From IMG/VR virus record IMGVR_UViG_3300020419_000074, positions 1 to 26,796 of that record: 26,796 nucleotides of DNA; one strand, 5' to 3'. Each line of letters begins with the position of its first letter. Within the stretch, counting starts at the first letter, position 1. Under the pieces are notes generated by a model. The model saw only the letters and a list, made by a program, of their open reading frames with translations. It was not told the DNA's origin and did no database searches. Origin of the DNA: a virus. Lineage: Duplodnaviria > Caudoviricetes. Positions 1 through 9,200 of this stretch are shown piece by piece. The translations under genes were made by a program, and so were the position numbers.

Positions 1-666
1 CTAAAACTACCAACAGGTACAACTGCACAAAGACCTACAGCGTCTAGAGGAAAAACAAGATATAATACAGATTTAAATACATTCGAAGGCTACGACGGTT
101 CTAACTGGATTGTGCTAAACGGTGTACAAGACTTAGATGGTAATACAAAGATTACAGCAGAATTAACTCCTGGAGCAAACGACAATATTATAAGATTTAA
201 TGTTGCAGGAGCAACAGTAGTAGATGTTAACAGTACAAGATTAAATGCTCCACAAGTTACAGTTGATAACATTACAATAGATGGTAACACTTTTACATCA
301 GCTACAAATACAAATATAGAAATGGCACCGGCAGGAACTGGTAAGACTCTTTTTAATAATACAATTAGTATTAAAGATAACACAATTAAAAACGAAGTAA
401 ATGATAGTGTCACACAATTTGCTACAACTGGAACAGGTTATGTAAAATTTTCAGGTACTAGTGGATTAGTTATTCCTCATGGTACTTCACTAGAACGCCC
501 ACCTTTTGTAAACAGTGAAACTGGTATGATGAGATTAAATACAGCAGAGCAAAGAGTAGAAATATTTGATGGAACAAGTTGGGTATCTGTTGCAGGATCT
601 GCATCAGGTATTACAACAGCAGACGCAGAAGCTATTGCGTTAGAATTGGTATTAAGTTTAGGATAA
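1..666 (+). CDS. Tail-fibre-type virion structural protein, C-terminal part (5' truncated by window)
   Basis: Frame 1 is open from base 1 (LKLPTGTTAQRPTASRGKTRYNTDLNTFEGYDGSNW...), upstream of the listed start at 112. It has two copies of the phage fibre motif P-x-G-T-[TS]-x-[QE]-R-P...G-x-x-R-x-N-T...E-x-[YF]-D-G-x-x-W and ends in the hydrophobic tail AIALELVLSLG, stop TAA. Confidence 0.75.
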   Translation, partial: LKLPTGTTAQRPTASRGKTRYNTDLNTFEGYDGSNWIVLNGVQDLDGNTKITAELTPGANDNIIRFNVAGATVVDVNSTRLNAPQVTVDNITIDGNTFTSATNTNIEMAPAGTGKTLFNNTISIKDNTIKNEVNDSVTQFATTGTGYVKFSGTSGLVIPHGTSLERPPFVNSETGMMRLNTAEQRVEIFDGTSWVSVAGSASGITTADAEAIALELVLSLG

Positions 667-670
667 TAGT

Positions 671-1000
671 ATGGCAACGTTTTTTAGAAGTAAAGTATTA
701 AAAGATGTAGGAGTAGTTAAGACACCGGGTATTGTATGTGATGGTTCTACAAGATCAACAATTATTGGTGTTAGTCTTACAAATCTACTTCAATCTAATA
801 TTTTTGTTAATATTTTAGTAGCAGATGATACTAGTGTTGAAGGATTTTATTTAAAGGATGTAGTGATACCACCTAATTCAAGTTTAAAACCATTAGGCCC
901 TGCTGAAAAAATAATCTTAGCACCTAACAACAGTATATCTTTTCAATCAAATGAAAACGATAGTTTAGATGTTGTAATAAGTTATGTGGATATTGTATAA
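671..1000 (+). CDS. Small (109 aa) putative beta-sandwich virion/adaptor protein
   Basis: AGGA upstream, starts 4 nt after the previous stop. Alternating beta-strand pattern. Similar in size and layout to 11015..11332. Confidence 0.6.
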   Translation: MATFFRSKVLKDVGVVKTPGIVCDGSTRSTIIGVSLTNLLQSNIFVNILVADDTSVEGFYLKDVVIPPNSSLKPLGPAEKIILAPNNSISFQSNENDSLDVVISYVDIV

Positions 1001-1009
1001 GGATAAGTT

Positions 1010-1378
1010 ATGGCAAATTATTTAGGAACAAGTGCAGATCATATTATTGGTTCATTCCAAAATAGATTTTTTTATGGATTACGTAGAACAGACGAAGGTG
1101 AACTTTTTATAGGTAAAGTGGATCAACTTAAAAATGATGATTCACTAACTTTAAACAAGCCAGGAGATCCTACACAAAATTATCCAGACTTTGCTGAAGG
1201 ACAAGATTTTTATGAAGGTAGAGATGTAAACAAAGGACTTGTTTACGAAAATTTAAATTATGAACAGTTTCGTTGGGATGATCGAAATATAAGTTATTAC
1301 ATAAATTCAGAAGGTGAATTAGTAGCAAGAGTAGGACAAACTCATACATACGATGACGGTTCATCGTCAAGCGGATAG
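1010..1378 (+). CDS. Hypothetical phage protein (122 aa) in tail module
   Basis: AAGGA RBS, tight packing between neighbours, same strand. No recognised motif. Confidence 0.65.
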   Translation: MANYLGTSADHIIGSFQNRFFYGLRRTDEGELFIGKVDQLKNDDSLTLNKPGDPTQNYPDFAEGQDFYEGRDVNKGLVYENLNYEQFRWDDRNISYYINSEGELVARVGQTHTYDDGSSSSG

Positions 1379-1387
1379 GATAATATA

Positions 1388-4300
1388 ATGGCAGACTTTA
1401 GAATTGATAGAATTAGATTTCGTTGGAAAAATACTTGGGCAGGAGCAACTGCTTATATCAAAGATGATATAGTAATTTACCAAGGTAAGTCTTTTGTATG
1501 TTTAATTGGACATACATCTGATTCTAGTTTTTATACAGATTTAAATGCAACTTCGCCTAAATGGGTCTTGATGCAAGACGGTTATGAATGGAAAAATAAC
1601 TGGACACCTAGTACGTATTATGATGTAGGTAATATTGTTCAATGGAAAGCATACGTATATAGAGCATTAACGCCACACACATCTGCTTCAACAACTGCAC
1701 AAGGTCTTACATATGATAATGCAAAATGGGAATTAGTTGCTAAAGGTTCTAATTGGTTAAACACTTGGTCTGTTAGTACAGATTATGATTTAGGCGATGT
1801 TATTAGATATAACGGATATGTTTACATAGCAAGCACCAAACATACATCTGCCGCAACCGAAGCATTAGGACTTGAAGCAAATCAAGGTGCTTGGACACAA
1901 ATAAGTAAATCAGATCACTGGAGCGGAGATTGGACTTCAGCTACAAGATACAGAGTAAGTGATATTGTCAAATATGGTGGCATTGTTTACAGAGCTAATA
2001 CAGGACATACAAGCTCTGCTAATTTGAATGCAGATTACGGATATTGGGATATTGTAAATTCTGGTATCGAATATAAAGGTGAATGGACAACTAGCAATAG
2101 GTATAAACTTAATGATGTTGTTAAATATGGAGCAACTTTATGGAAGTGTAAAACTGAACACACGTCTAATGCAACACTATTTACATTTGATCAAACTTCC
2201 GATCCAGGTACAACTAAATGGGACTTATGGTTACCTGGTTTAGAATATGAAACAGTTTGGAATCAAAATACACAATATGCAAAAGGTGATATCGTACTAT
2301 ACGGTGGATATGCATATACAGCTCTAACAAATCATCAAGGTTCTGTACCAAGTATAAACGGAAAAATCCAAGATACAGGAAACTGGGAATTATTAAAAGA
2401 AGGATACAGGCACTTAGGTGATTGGGGTGAAGATAGTTCAGGATATGATTATAATACCGGAGATGTAGTAAGATTAAACGGATACTTATATATTTGTTTA
2501 TCTGATTCGCATGATGGTGCATCACCTGATGGTTCTAACAAATGGCAAGTACTTGTTACTGGTAGACATCACAGAGGCGAATGGGCAGACAACACACAAT
2601 ACGAAAAAATGGACGTTGTGCTATTTGCTGGTTCAGCATACCTTTGTTCAAAGCAACATATATCTTCAGCTTCAGGAGCAAGACCAGATTTAGATATTGA
2701 TTATACACAAGAACAATTTTGGACTCTTTTAATTCAAGGTGAAGCTACAAACGTTTTAAGAGAACGGGGTGATTTAAGAACTCATAATTCACAAACAGAT
2801 AGTTCAATGGCTGATGAACGATTAGCTATAGGACCTGCAGGACAAGTTTTAAAAGCAAACAATCCACTTGATGCAACACTAGATACTGGCGAAATTGCTC
2901 AATGGGGTAACTTCGGTGCAATACCAAAAGTATTTTATGTATCTACTACTAGTGGATTAGATATTACTACTAACGGCACTACAGAAGCAGCACCTTTCAA
3001 AACAATAAAATACGCATGTGATTTTATTCAAGCAGACTTAAACAATAGAGCACCAGCTTCTGTTTTTATTAAAACAGGGACATACGAAGAAATACTTCCT
3101 ATTAGTGTGCCTAAAGATGTTGCACTTATAGGAGACGAATTAAGAAGTACATCAGTATTTCCTAAAGCAGGATACGAAACTAGCGATATGTTCCGTGTAC
3201 GTAACGGATCAGGCGTTAGAAATATGTCATTAAACGGCCTTAGTGGCACACTAGGCGCAGCAAATTCATATGGAACAAAACGTCCTACAGCTGGCGCATA
3301 TGTAAGTTTAGATCCAGGAACAGGTCCTACTGATACAAGTGTACATATTACGAGTAAGTCACCATACATACAAAATGTTTCAACTTTTGGTACAGGATGT
3401 ACAGGACTAAGAGTAGATGGTTCATTACATAATGCAGGTTACAGGTCTGTAGTAGCTAACGACTTTACACAAATTTTAACAGACGGTATAGGTTATTGGT
3501 GTAGTTATAACGGAAGATCAGAGCTAGTGTCTGTGTTTACATATTACTGTCATGTAGGATACTTAACTGAATTTGGCGGCAGAGTTAGAGCTACTAACGG
3601 TAACAATTCATACGGAGATTTTGGATCAGTTGCTGAAGGAGTAAACCCTGAAGAAACTGCAAAAACAGGAACAGTTAACAATAGATCAAAACATGCACAG
3701 ATTAGAGTTGTAGAAAACAATGGTACTAACTTACTAGCATTTGGATATTCAAATGCAGGAGAAAACTATACAGGAACACCAAGTATCTCATTAACAGGTT
3801 CAGGTTACAATGCTAGTTTAGCATTTGAAGAAACAAGAAAAAACGGAGTTAATGAAGTTAGAGTTATAGATCCAGGAGACAGTAGTACACCTGGAGGACT
3901 TAATTACACATATATTGTAAATAGTGCTCAATGGGGAGATAGTACAAGTATTAAATTATCAAATGCTGATACTACAGGAACATCAACCGCATATGTGGGA
4001 CAAAGAATAGTTTTACTATCTGGAGCAGGTGATGGACAATATGGAAGAATAAGTTCTTATAATAGTGTAACTAAAATTGCAACTGTAGAAAGAGAAAGCG
4101 ACGGAGCTGCTGGATGGGAACATATCTATCCAGGATATCCGATAGAAAGTTCTTTGACTACAGCAACTAGATATGCAATTGAACCTCGAGTTGAAATTAC
4201 AGAACCTTCTTTTGCATCAGCTAACGTAACAGTTCCTCACAAAGTAGATACTATTACTGCTAATGATATAAACTTTATTATAGCAAAAACTGATTTAATT

Positions 4301-6169
4301 TCATATTCAGGAAATGCTGGAGGCTCATGGACTACATCATCAGGAAGTATAACTGGTAACTGGACTGAAGTAAAAGCTTCTAAAGGTACTAGTTATGTAA
4401 TGGCCGTACAAGGCACTACAGAAACAACAGTAGCAGGACTATCTGCGGATAACGGACAAAGCTGGTCAACTACAACTTTATCAAATGGTGCTAATTGGAT
4501 AGACGTTGCATTTAAGTCAGACAAATGGATTGCAATATCAAGTGGAAGTGCAACAGAAACATCTATTAGTACAAACCAAGGAGGTTCCTGGAGTGCAGGC
4601 ACAACTATTTCAGGACAGAATAAAAAAATTGAATACGGTAACGGAATATTTGTAATATTACCTGAATCTGGAAACACAGCATTAACATCAACAGATGGTA
4701 CAACTTGGACAACAAGAACGTTACCAGTAACATCTAATTGGCAAGATCTAAAATATGCCAATGGTAGGTTTGTTGCTGTTGGCGTAAGCGATGCAAAAAT
4801 AATTTATAGTCTTGATGGAATAACTTGGTATGATGCATATATAGATATCGGAAATGTACAAGATAGTACAACAGGATTATGGAATAACCTTGCATACACT
4901 CAAGGTGTTTGGATGTGTTCTAATAGTGTAGATAATACTATTATTACATCACAATCAGGAAGCGTTTGGTCTTCATTGTTAGATGATAGTACAACTAAAG
5001 CATTTTTAACAACAGGCGGATATGCCTCAGTTGCTGGCGGACTTACTTCAAGTGGTATGCCTGTATTTGTTGGATCAAAAGGAACAACAGATGCATGTAG
5101 CGTAAGCTATGGAGCTAGACCGTTTATGAGAGCAGATGTTGCAGGTTCAAGAGTTTCAGGATTTACAATTTACGATCCAGGTAGTGGATATAGTTCTACT
5201 CCTACAGTAACAATACATGATTATCCAAATACTATTGATGCAACCTATACTGTAAAGACAGCGGCAACAGGAATATTAGGACAACCAGTATTTAATAATA
5301 GAGGACAAGATTGGAATAAGTCTGCGGCTACTGTTACAGGTAGTGGATACTCTGAAGTCTATCAACAAGGTAAACAGATTGTATTAGAAGGAGTAACAGC
5401 CATTCCAGGACCTGGAGAAAACCTTATTATAAGTGGCATTAATGATATTATTTACAAAGTTGTAAGCATAGATGCACAAACTGGTGCTGGCCCTTACGGG
5501 TTAACTTTATCAATCGATCCAGAAATTGGTAATGCTGAATCACCTGCACACGGAACAGCTATAGAACTTAGAGAAAATTATAGTCAGATTAGATTAACAG
5601 GACACGACTTCCTTGATATTGGAACTGGTAATTTTAGTGAAACAAATTATCCAATTTTATATACAGATGGATATGACTTTGGCGCAGGATCAGAACCAAA
5701 ACAATTTAACGAAGTTATTGAAAAAGGCGGCGGCAGAGTATTTTATACAGCAACAGACCAAGATGGAAACTTTAGAGCTGGTGAACAATTCTTAGTTGAA
5801 CAGTCAACTGGTATTATTACATTAAATTCTAGTTTGTTTAACTTTTCAGGATTACAAAGTTTAACATTAGGTGGAATAGTTGTTGGTGGAACAGCCGTTG
5901 TTATTAACGAATTTTCAAAAGAACAAACTTTTATTGCTAATTCAAACAATGTTGTACCAACACAAAGAGCAATAGCAGCTTATATAGCGTCAAGAGTAAG
6001 TGGTGGTGGATCTAATGCAAGTACAAATGCATTGAATGCAGGACAAATTAAAATATCAACAAGTAATATAGATCAAGCTGGGGGTACAACAATACAGGTA
6101 CCTCAGAAAATGACTATAAAAGGTGGAGCAGATGGGCATTATTTATCAAGTATGTATTTCGTTGCATAA
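1388..6169 (+). CDS. Large tail fibre/spike protein A (1593 aa): 8 CBM5/12-like repeats, putative pectin-lyase-like beta-helix core, Asp-box beta-propeller insert
   Basis: AGGA RBS. N-terminal W-x5-Y-x3-D-x-V-x-Y-x-G-x-x-Y repeats. 'FYVS...G...APFKTIKYA...IKTGTYEE.LPI.VP..VALIGDELR' is typical of a beta-helix entry. Six Asp-box-like motifs. Colinear paralog of 6209..10999. Confidence 0.75.
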   Translation: MADFRIDRIRFRWKNTWAGATAYIKDDIVIYQGKSFVCLIGHTSDSSFYTDLNATSPKWVLMQDGYEWKNNWTPSTYYDVGNIVQWKAYVYRALTPHTSASTTAQGLTYDNAKWELVAKGSNWLNTWSVSTDYDLGDVIRYNGYVYIASTKHTSAATEALGLEANQGAWTQISKSDHWSGDWTSATRYRVSDIVKYGGIVYRANTGHTSSANLNADYGYWDIVNSGIEYKGEWTTSNRYKLNDVVKYGATLWKCKTEHTSNATLFTFDQTSDPGTTKWDLWLPGLEYETVWNQNTQYAKGDIVLYGGYAYTALTNHQGSVPSINGKIQDTGNWELLKEGYRHLGDWGEDSSGYDYNTGDVVRLNGYLYICLSDSHDGASPDGSNKWQVLVTGRHHRGEWADNTQYEKMDVVLFAGSAYLCSKQHISSASGARPDLDIDYTQEQFWTLLIQGEATNVLRERGDLRTHNSQTDSSMADERLAIGPAGQVLKANNPLDATLDTGEIAQWGNFGAIPKVFYVSTTSGLDITTNGTTEAAPFKTIKYACDFIQADLNNRAPASVFIKTGTYEEILPISVPKDVALIGDELRSTSVFPKAGYETSDMFRVRNGSGVRNMSLNGLSGTLGAANSYGTKRPTAGAYVSLDPGTGPTDTSVHITSKSPYIQNVSTFGTGCTGLRVDGSLHNAGYRSVVANDFTQILTDGIGYWCSYNGRSELVSVFTYYCHVGYLTEFGGRVRATNGNNSYGDFGSVAEGVNPEETAKTGTVNNRSKHAQIRVVENNGTNLLAFGYSNAGENYTGTPSISLTGSGYNASLAFEETRKNGVNEVRVIDPGDSSTPGGLNYTYIVNSAQWGDSTSIKLSNADTTGTSTAYVGQRIVLLSGAGDGQYGRISSYNSVTKIATVERESDGAAGWEHIYPGYPIESSLTTATRYAIEPRVEITEPSFASANVTVPHKVDTITANDINFIIAKTDLISYSGNAGGSWTTSSGSITGNWTEVKASKGTSYVMAVQGTTETTVAGLSADNGQSWSTTTLSNGANWIDVAFKSDKWIAISSGSATETSISTNQGGSWSAGTTISGQNKKIEYGNGIFVILPESGNTALTSTDGTTWTTRTLPVTSNWQDLKYANGRFVAVGVSDAKIIYSLDGITWYDAYIDIGNVQDSTTGLWNNLAYTQGVWMCSNSVDNTIITSQSGSVWSSLLDDSTTKAFLTTGGYASVAGGLTSSGMPVFVGSKGTTDACSVSYGARPFMRADVAGSRVSGFTIYDPGSGYSSTPTVTIHDYPNTIDATYTVKTAATGILGQPVFNNRGQDWNKSAATVTGSGYSEVYQQGKQIVLEGVTAIPGPGENLIISGINDIIYKVVSIDAQTGAGPYGLTLSIDPEIGNAESPAHGTAIELRENYSQIRLTGHDFLDIGTGNFSETNYPILYTDGYDFGAGSEPKQFNEVIEKGGGRVFYTATDQDGNFRAGEQFLVEQSTGIITLNSSLFNFSGLQSLTLGGIVVGGTAVVINEFSKEQTFIANSNNVVPTQRAIAAYIASRVSGGGSNASTNALNAGQIKISTSNIDQAGGTTIQVPQKMTIKGGADGHYLSSMYFVA
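1421..2725 (+). repeat. 8 tandem ~50-aa carbohydrate-binding-module-like (CBM5/12, ChtBD3-like) repeats
   Basis: Examples: WSGDWTSATRYRVSDIVKYGGIVYRANTGHTS and YKGEWTTSNRYKLNDVVKYGATLWKCKTEHTS. Eight counted by eye. Confidence 0.75.
3596..3640 (+). repeat. 45-bp perfect direct repeat, copy 1 (copy 2 at 9344..9388)
   Basis: aacggtaacaattcatacggagattttggatcagttgctgaagga (NGNNSYGDFGSVAEG) is identical in both paralogs. Confidence 0.95.
4210..5110 (+). other. Asp-box/BNR-like beta-propeller domain within fibre protein A
   Basis: SGNAGGSW, SADNGQSW, STNQGGSW, STDGTTW, SLDGITW, SQSGSVW at ~45-aa spacing. Absent from paralog B. Boundaries approximate. Confidence 0.7.
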
Positions 6170-6181
6170 TGATGAAAATGG

Positions 6182-6189
6182 CATAAATA
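6182..6189 (+). promoter_or_regulatory. T4-like late promoter (CATAAATA)
   Basis: 7/8 match to TATAAATA in the short intergenic gap before the 1596-aa gene, followed by a GGAG RBS. Confidence 0.6.
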
Positions 6190-6208
6190 TTAAAAACGGA
6201 GCAAATAA

Positions 6209-9200
6209 ATGGCTGAATTTAAACTAGGTAGAATAAGATTTATATGGAAAGGTGACTGGGTTACCTCAACTACATATTATAAAGACGATATCGTCAGATA
6301 TGGTGGTAATACCTATATTTGTATTAAAGGTCATACAGCTCCAGCAGACTTTACTACAAGTCAAGGAACATACTGGAATAAAATATCCGACGGACAAGAC
6401 TGGAAAGGTATATGGGTAGCAGGCACAGTTTATAAAGTTAACGATGTTGTTGCATATGGTGGATACTTATATATTGCAAATACAGGACATACTGCCGCTG
6501 CAACCAATACTTTAGGATTAGAGCAAGATCAATCTAAATGGGATACTTTTGCTGAAGGATTTAATTATTCAAATGATTGGACAATAAATTATAGATATAA
6601 AGTAAACGACCTTGTCAAATATGGCGGTACTGTTTATATTTGTATTACAGGGCATACTTCAGCAGCAACTACAACATTAGGTTTAGAAGCAGACCAAGCT
6701 AAATGGCAGATATTTTCAGAAGGGTTTAATTGGAAAAGTGATTGGACAACTTCTTTTAGATATAGAGTAAACGACATTGTTAAATATGGTGGAATTGTTT
6801 ATGTTTGTATCGAAGGACATACATCTAATGCTTCAGCCGCAAGCGGTTTAGAAGCAGATCAAGCCAAGTGGCAGTTTTCAAATAAAGGTATAGAGTACAA
6901 AGGCGACTGGGCAACAGCAACAAGATATAAAGTTAACGACATTGTTAAACACGGTGGCGCAATTTGGATTTGTGTAACTTATCATACTAGTCAAACTAAC
7001 CTTAGTGATGACGAAGCAAAATGGAATCAGTTTGTAGAAGGTTTAGAGTTTGAAGATAGTTGGGCAGGCGTTACAAGATATCAACCAGGTGACTTTGTTA
7101 CTTACGGTGGATATTCTTACGTTGCTAAAACAAATAACTTAGGAGCAAGACCAACTTCAAGTCCAAGTGATTGGGATTTATTTACAGCAGGTTTCCGTTT
7201 TATAGGAGACTGGGGTGATGATAGTTCAAATTACGAATACTTTACAGGCGATGTTGTTAGGTTAGGCGGATACACATATCTTGCTATTGCAGATAGCTCA
7301 GGACAACGTCCACCAAATGCAACTTACTGGCAAAAGTTAAACAGCGGTGTTGCATGGAAAAATGCTTATGCAGACGCTACTTTATACGATGCAGGTGACT
7401 CAGTTAGACAAAACACAAGCAGTTATATTTGTGTATTAGCACATACTTCTAATACAGGTGTTAATGATCCAGCTAACGATTCAGGCGGAACATACTGGAA
7501 TCAACTCGCAGGCGGACCTGAAACAGATGTTCTAACAACACAAGGTGATTTAGTTTACTATAGTGGTTCAGGACCAGCAAGACTTCCAATTGGTAATGCA
7601 GGACAAGTTTTAACAGTTAATGCATCAGGAAATGCACCTGAATGGGCATACATAGGAAAAATTAATAATATATTCTATGTGGACACAAATACAGGACAAG
7701 ACCTGCCAGCTTCAAACTACGGAGTTACTATTGCAAGGCCTTGGAAAACAGTTAGATATGCATGTGAACAAGTTAACTATGGTGCATTAAGAGAAAATGC
7801 AGGTTACTTACTAAAACGAAATAGAAACTTTATTGCAGAGGAAGCACTACAATGGGTTAGATATAATGTAGCAAATCCAACAGGAATTTGGGTAGGATAT
7901 ACATGTGATGACGAAGGCAAGTGTCGAAGAGATATAGGATATATTACTGATTCAATAATATGGGATCTTACTCATGGCGGTAACAAACGTTCAAGAGATT
8001 CCACAATGACTTTCTTCCAAGCTAACGGAAATCTTCTTGCATCAATTTCAGATGAAGTTGCTCAAACAAATGCTACTATTAACTTTGCAAGAGATTTAAT
8101 GATTAATAGTATTTTAGCAAATACTGCACCTGCTACAAATTATCAATCAGAGATGAGCTTTACACCAGCACATTCACAAGTTATTGACACAGCTTATACA
8201 GCAGAATCAGATGCAAGTACACTAATTACTGCAAATATAAAAATTACTACAGATGCACTTACCGCTGGTGTGAACACTAATGTTCCAGCAGAAAGAATTG
8301 CAAACAATAGTATATTTGTAAAAACAGGACAATTTAACGAACACTTACCTATTATTGTTCCAAGAGAAACAGCAGTCATAGGTGACGAACTTCGTGGTAC
8401 TAAAATTGTAGCGGCATCAGCAGTAACAGGAGCATCAGATGTTCCTAAAAGTATTGCTGCAATACAAAGATTAAAAGCAATTATTAGCGATATTGCTACA
8501 AACGGATCTGTTACAAAAACAGCAGGCAACGCATCAAGCCAAGTTACTTCTAAAGTAGCAGGATCTGCAGGAGCAGGGACTGCGGCTAACGGATTATTCC
8601 AACAGTTAGAAGATTATATTGATTTCCGTGTTAACGGTGCTAGTGGAGACTCAACTACTCCTACACCAGAAGGAACAAATACACCTACATCAGATACAGG
8701 ATACTTGTTTGCACAGGAATGTATTGAAGCTAATAGAACTTTCTTAAAAGACGAAGCAGTAGCATATATAAATGCTACATATCCTAGTTACTCTTACAGC
8801 GAAGCAGCTTGTAAAAGAGATGTTGATAGATATTTAGATGGTGTAATATATGATTTAAAATACACAGGAAATTACAGAACAATACTAAACGGACGCTACT
8901 ATGCTAACTCAGTTAGCGGAAATGCTAAAGAAGACATGTTCTATATGAGAAACGGTACAGGACTTAGAAATTGTACTATTAGTGGTTTAGCAGGCGCATT
9001 AGGATCTGCTAACGCATACGGAACAAAACGTCCAGATGCAGGAGCATTTGTAAGTTTAGATCCAGGATTTGGTGTTAGTGATACAGATGCTCATATTGTA
9101 AGCAAATCACCATACGTACAAAACGTATCAACTTTTGGTACAGCTTGTATTGGTATGAAAGTTGATGGCGCACTACATAACGCAGGTTATGACTCAATTG

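Noticed and set aside
1421-7500. CRISPR-like or DNA-level tandem repeats
   Set aside because: The periodicity is at protein level with diverged codons. There is no repeat-spacer structure.
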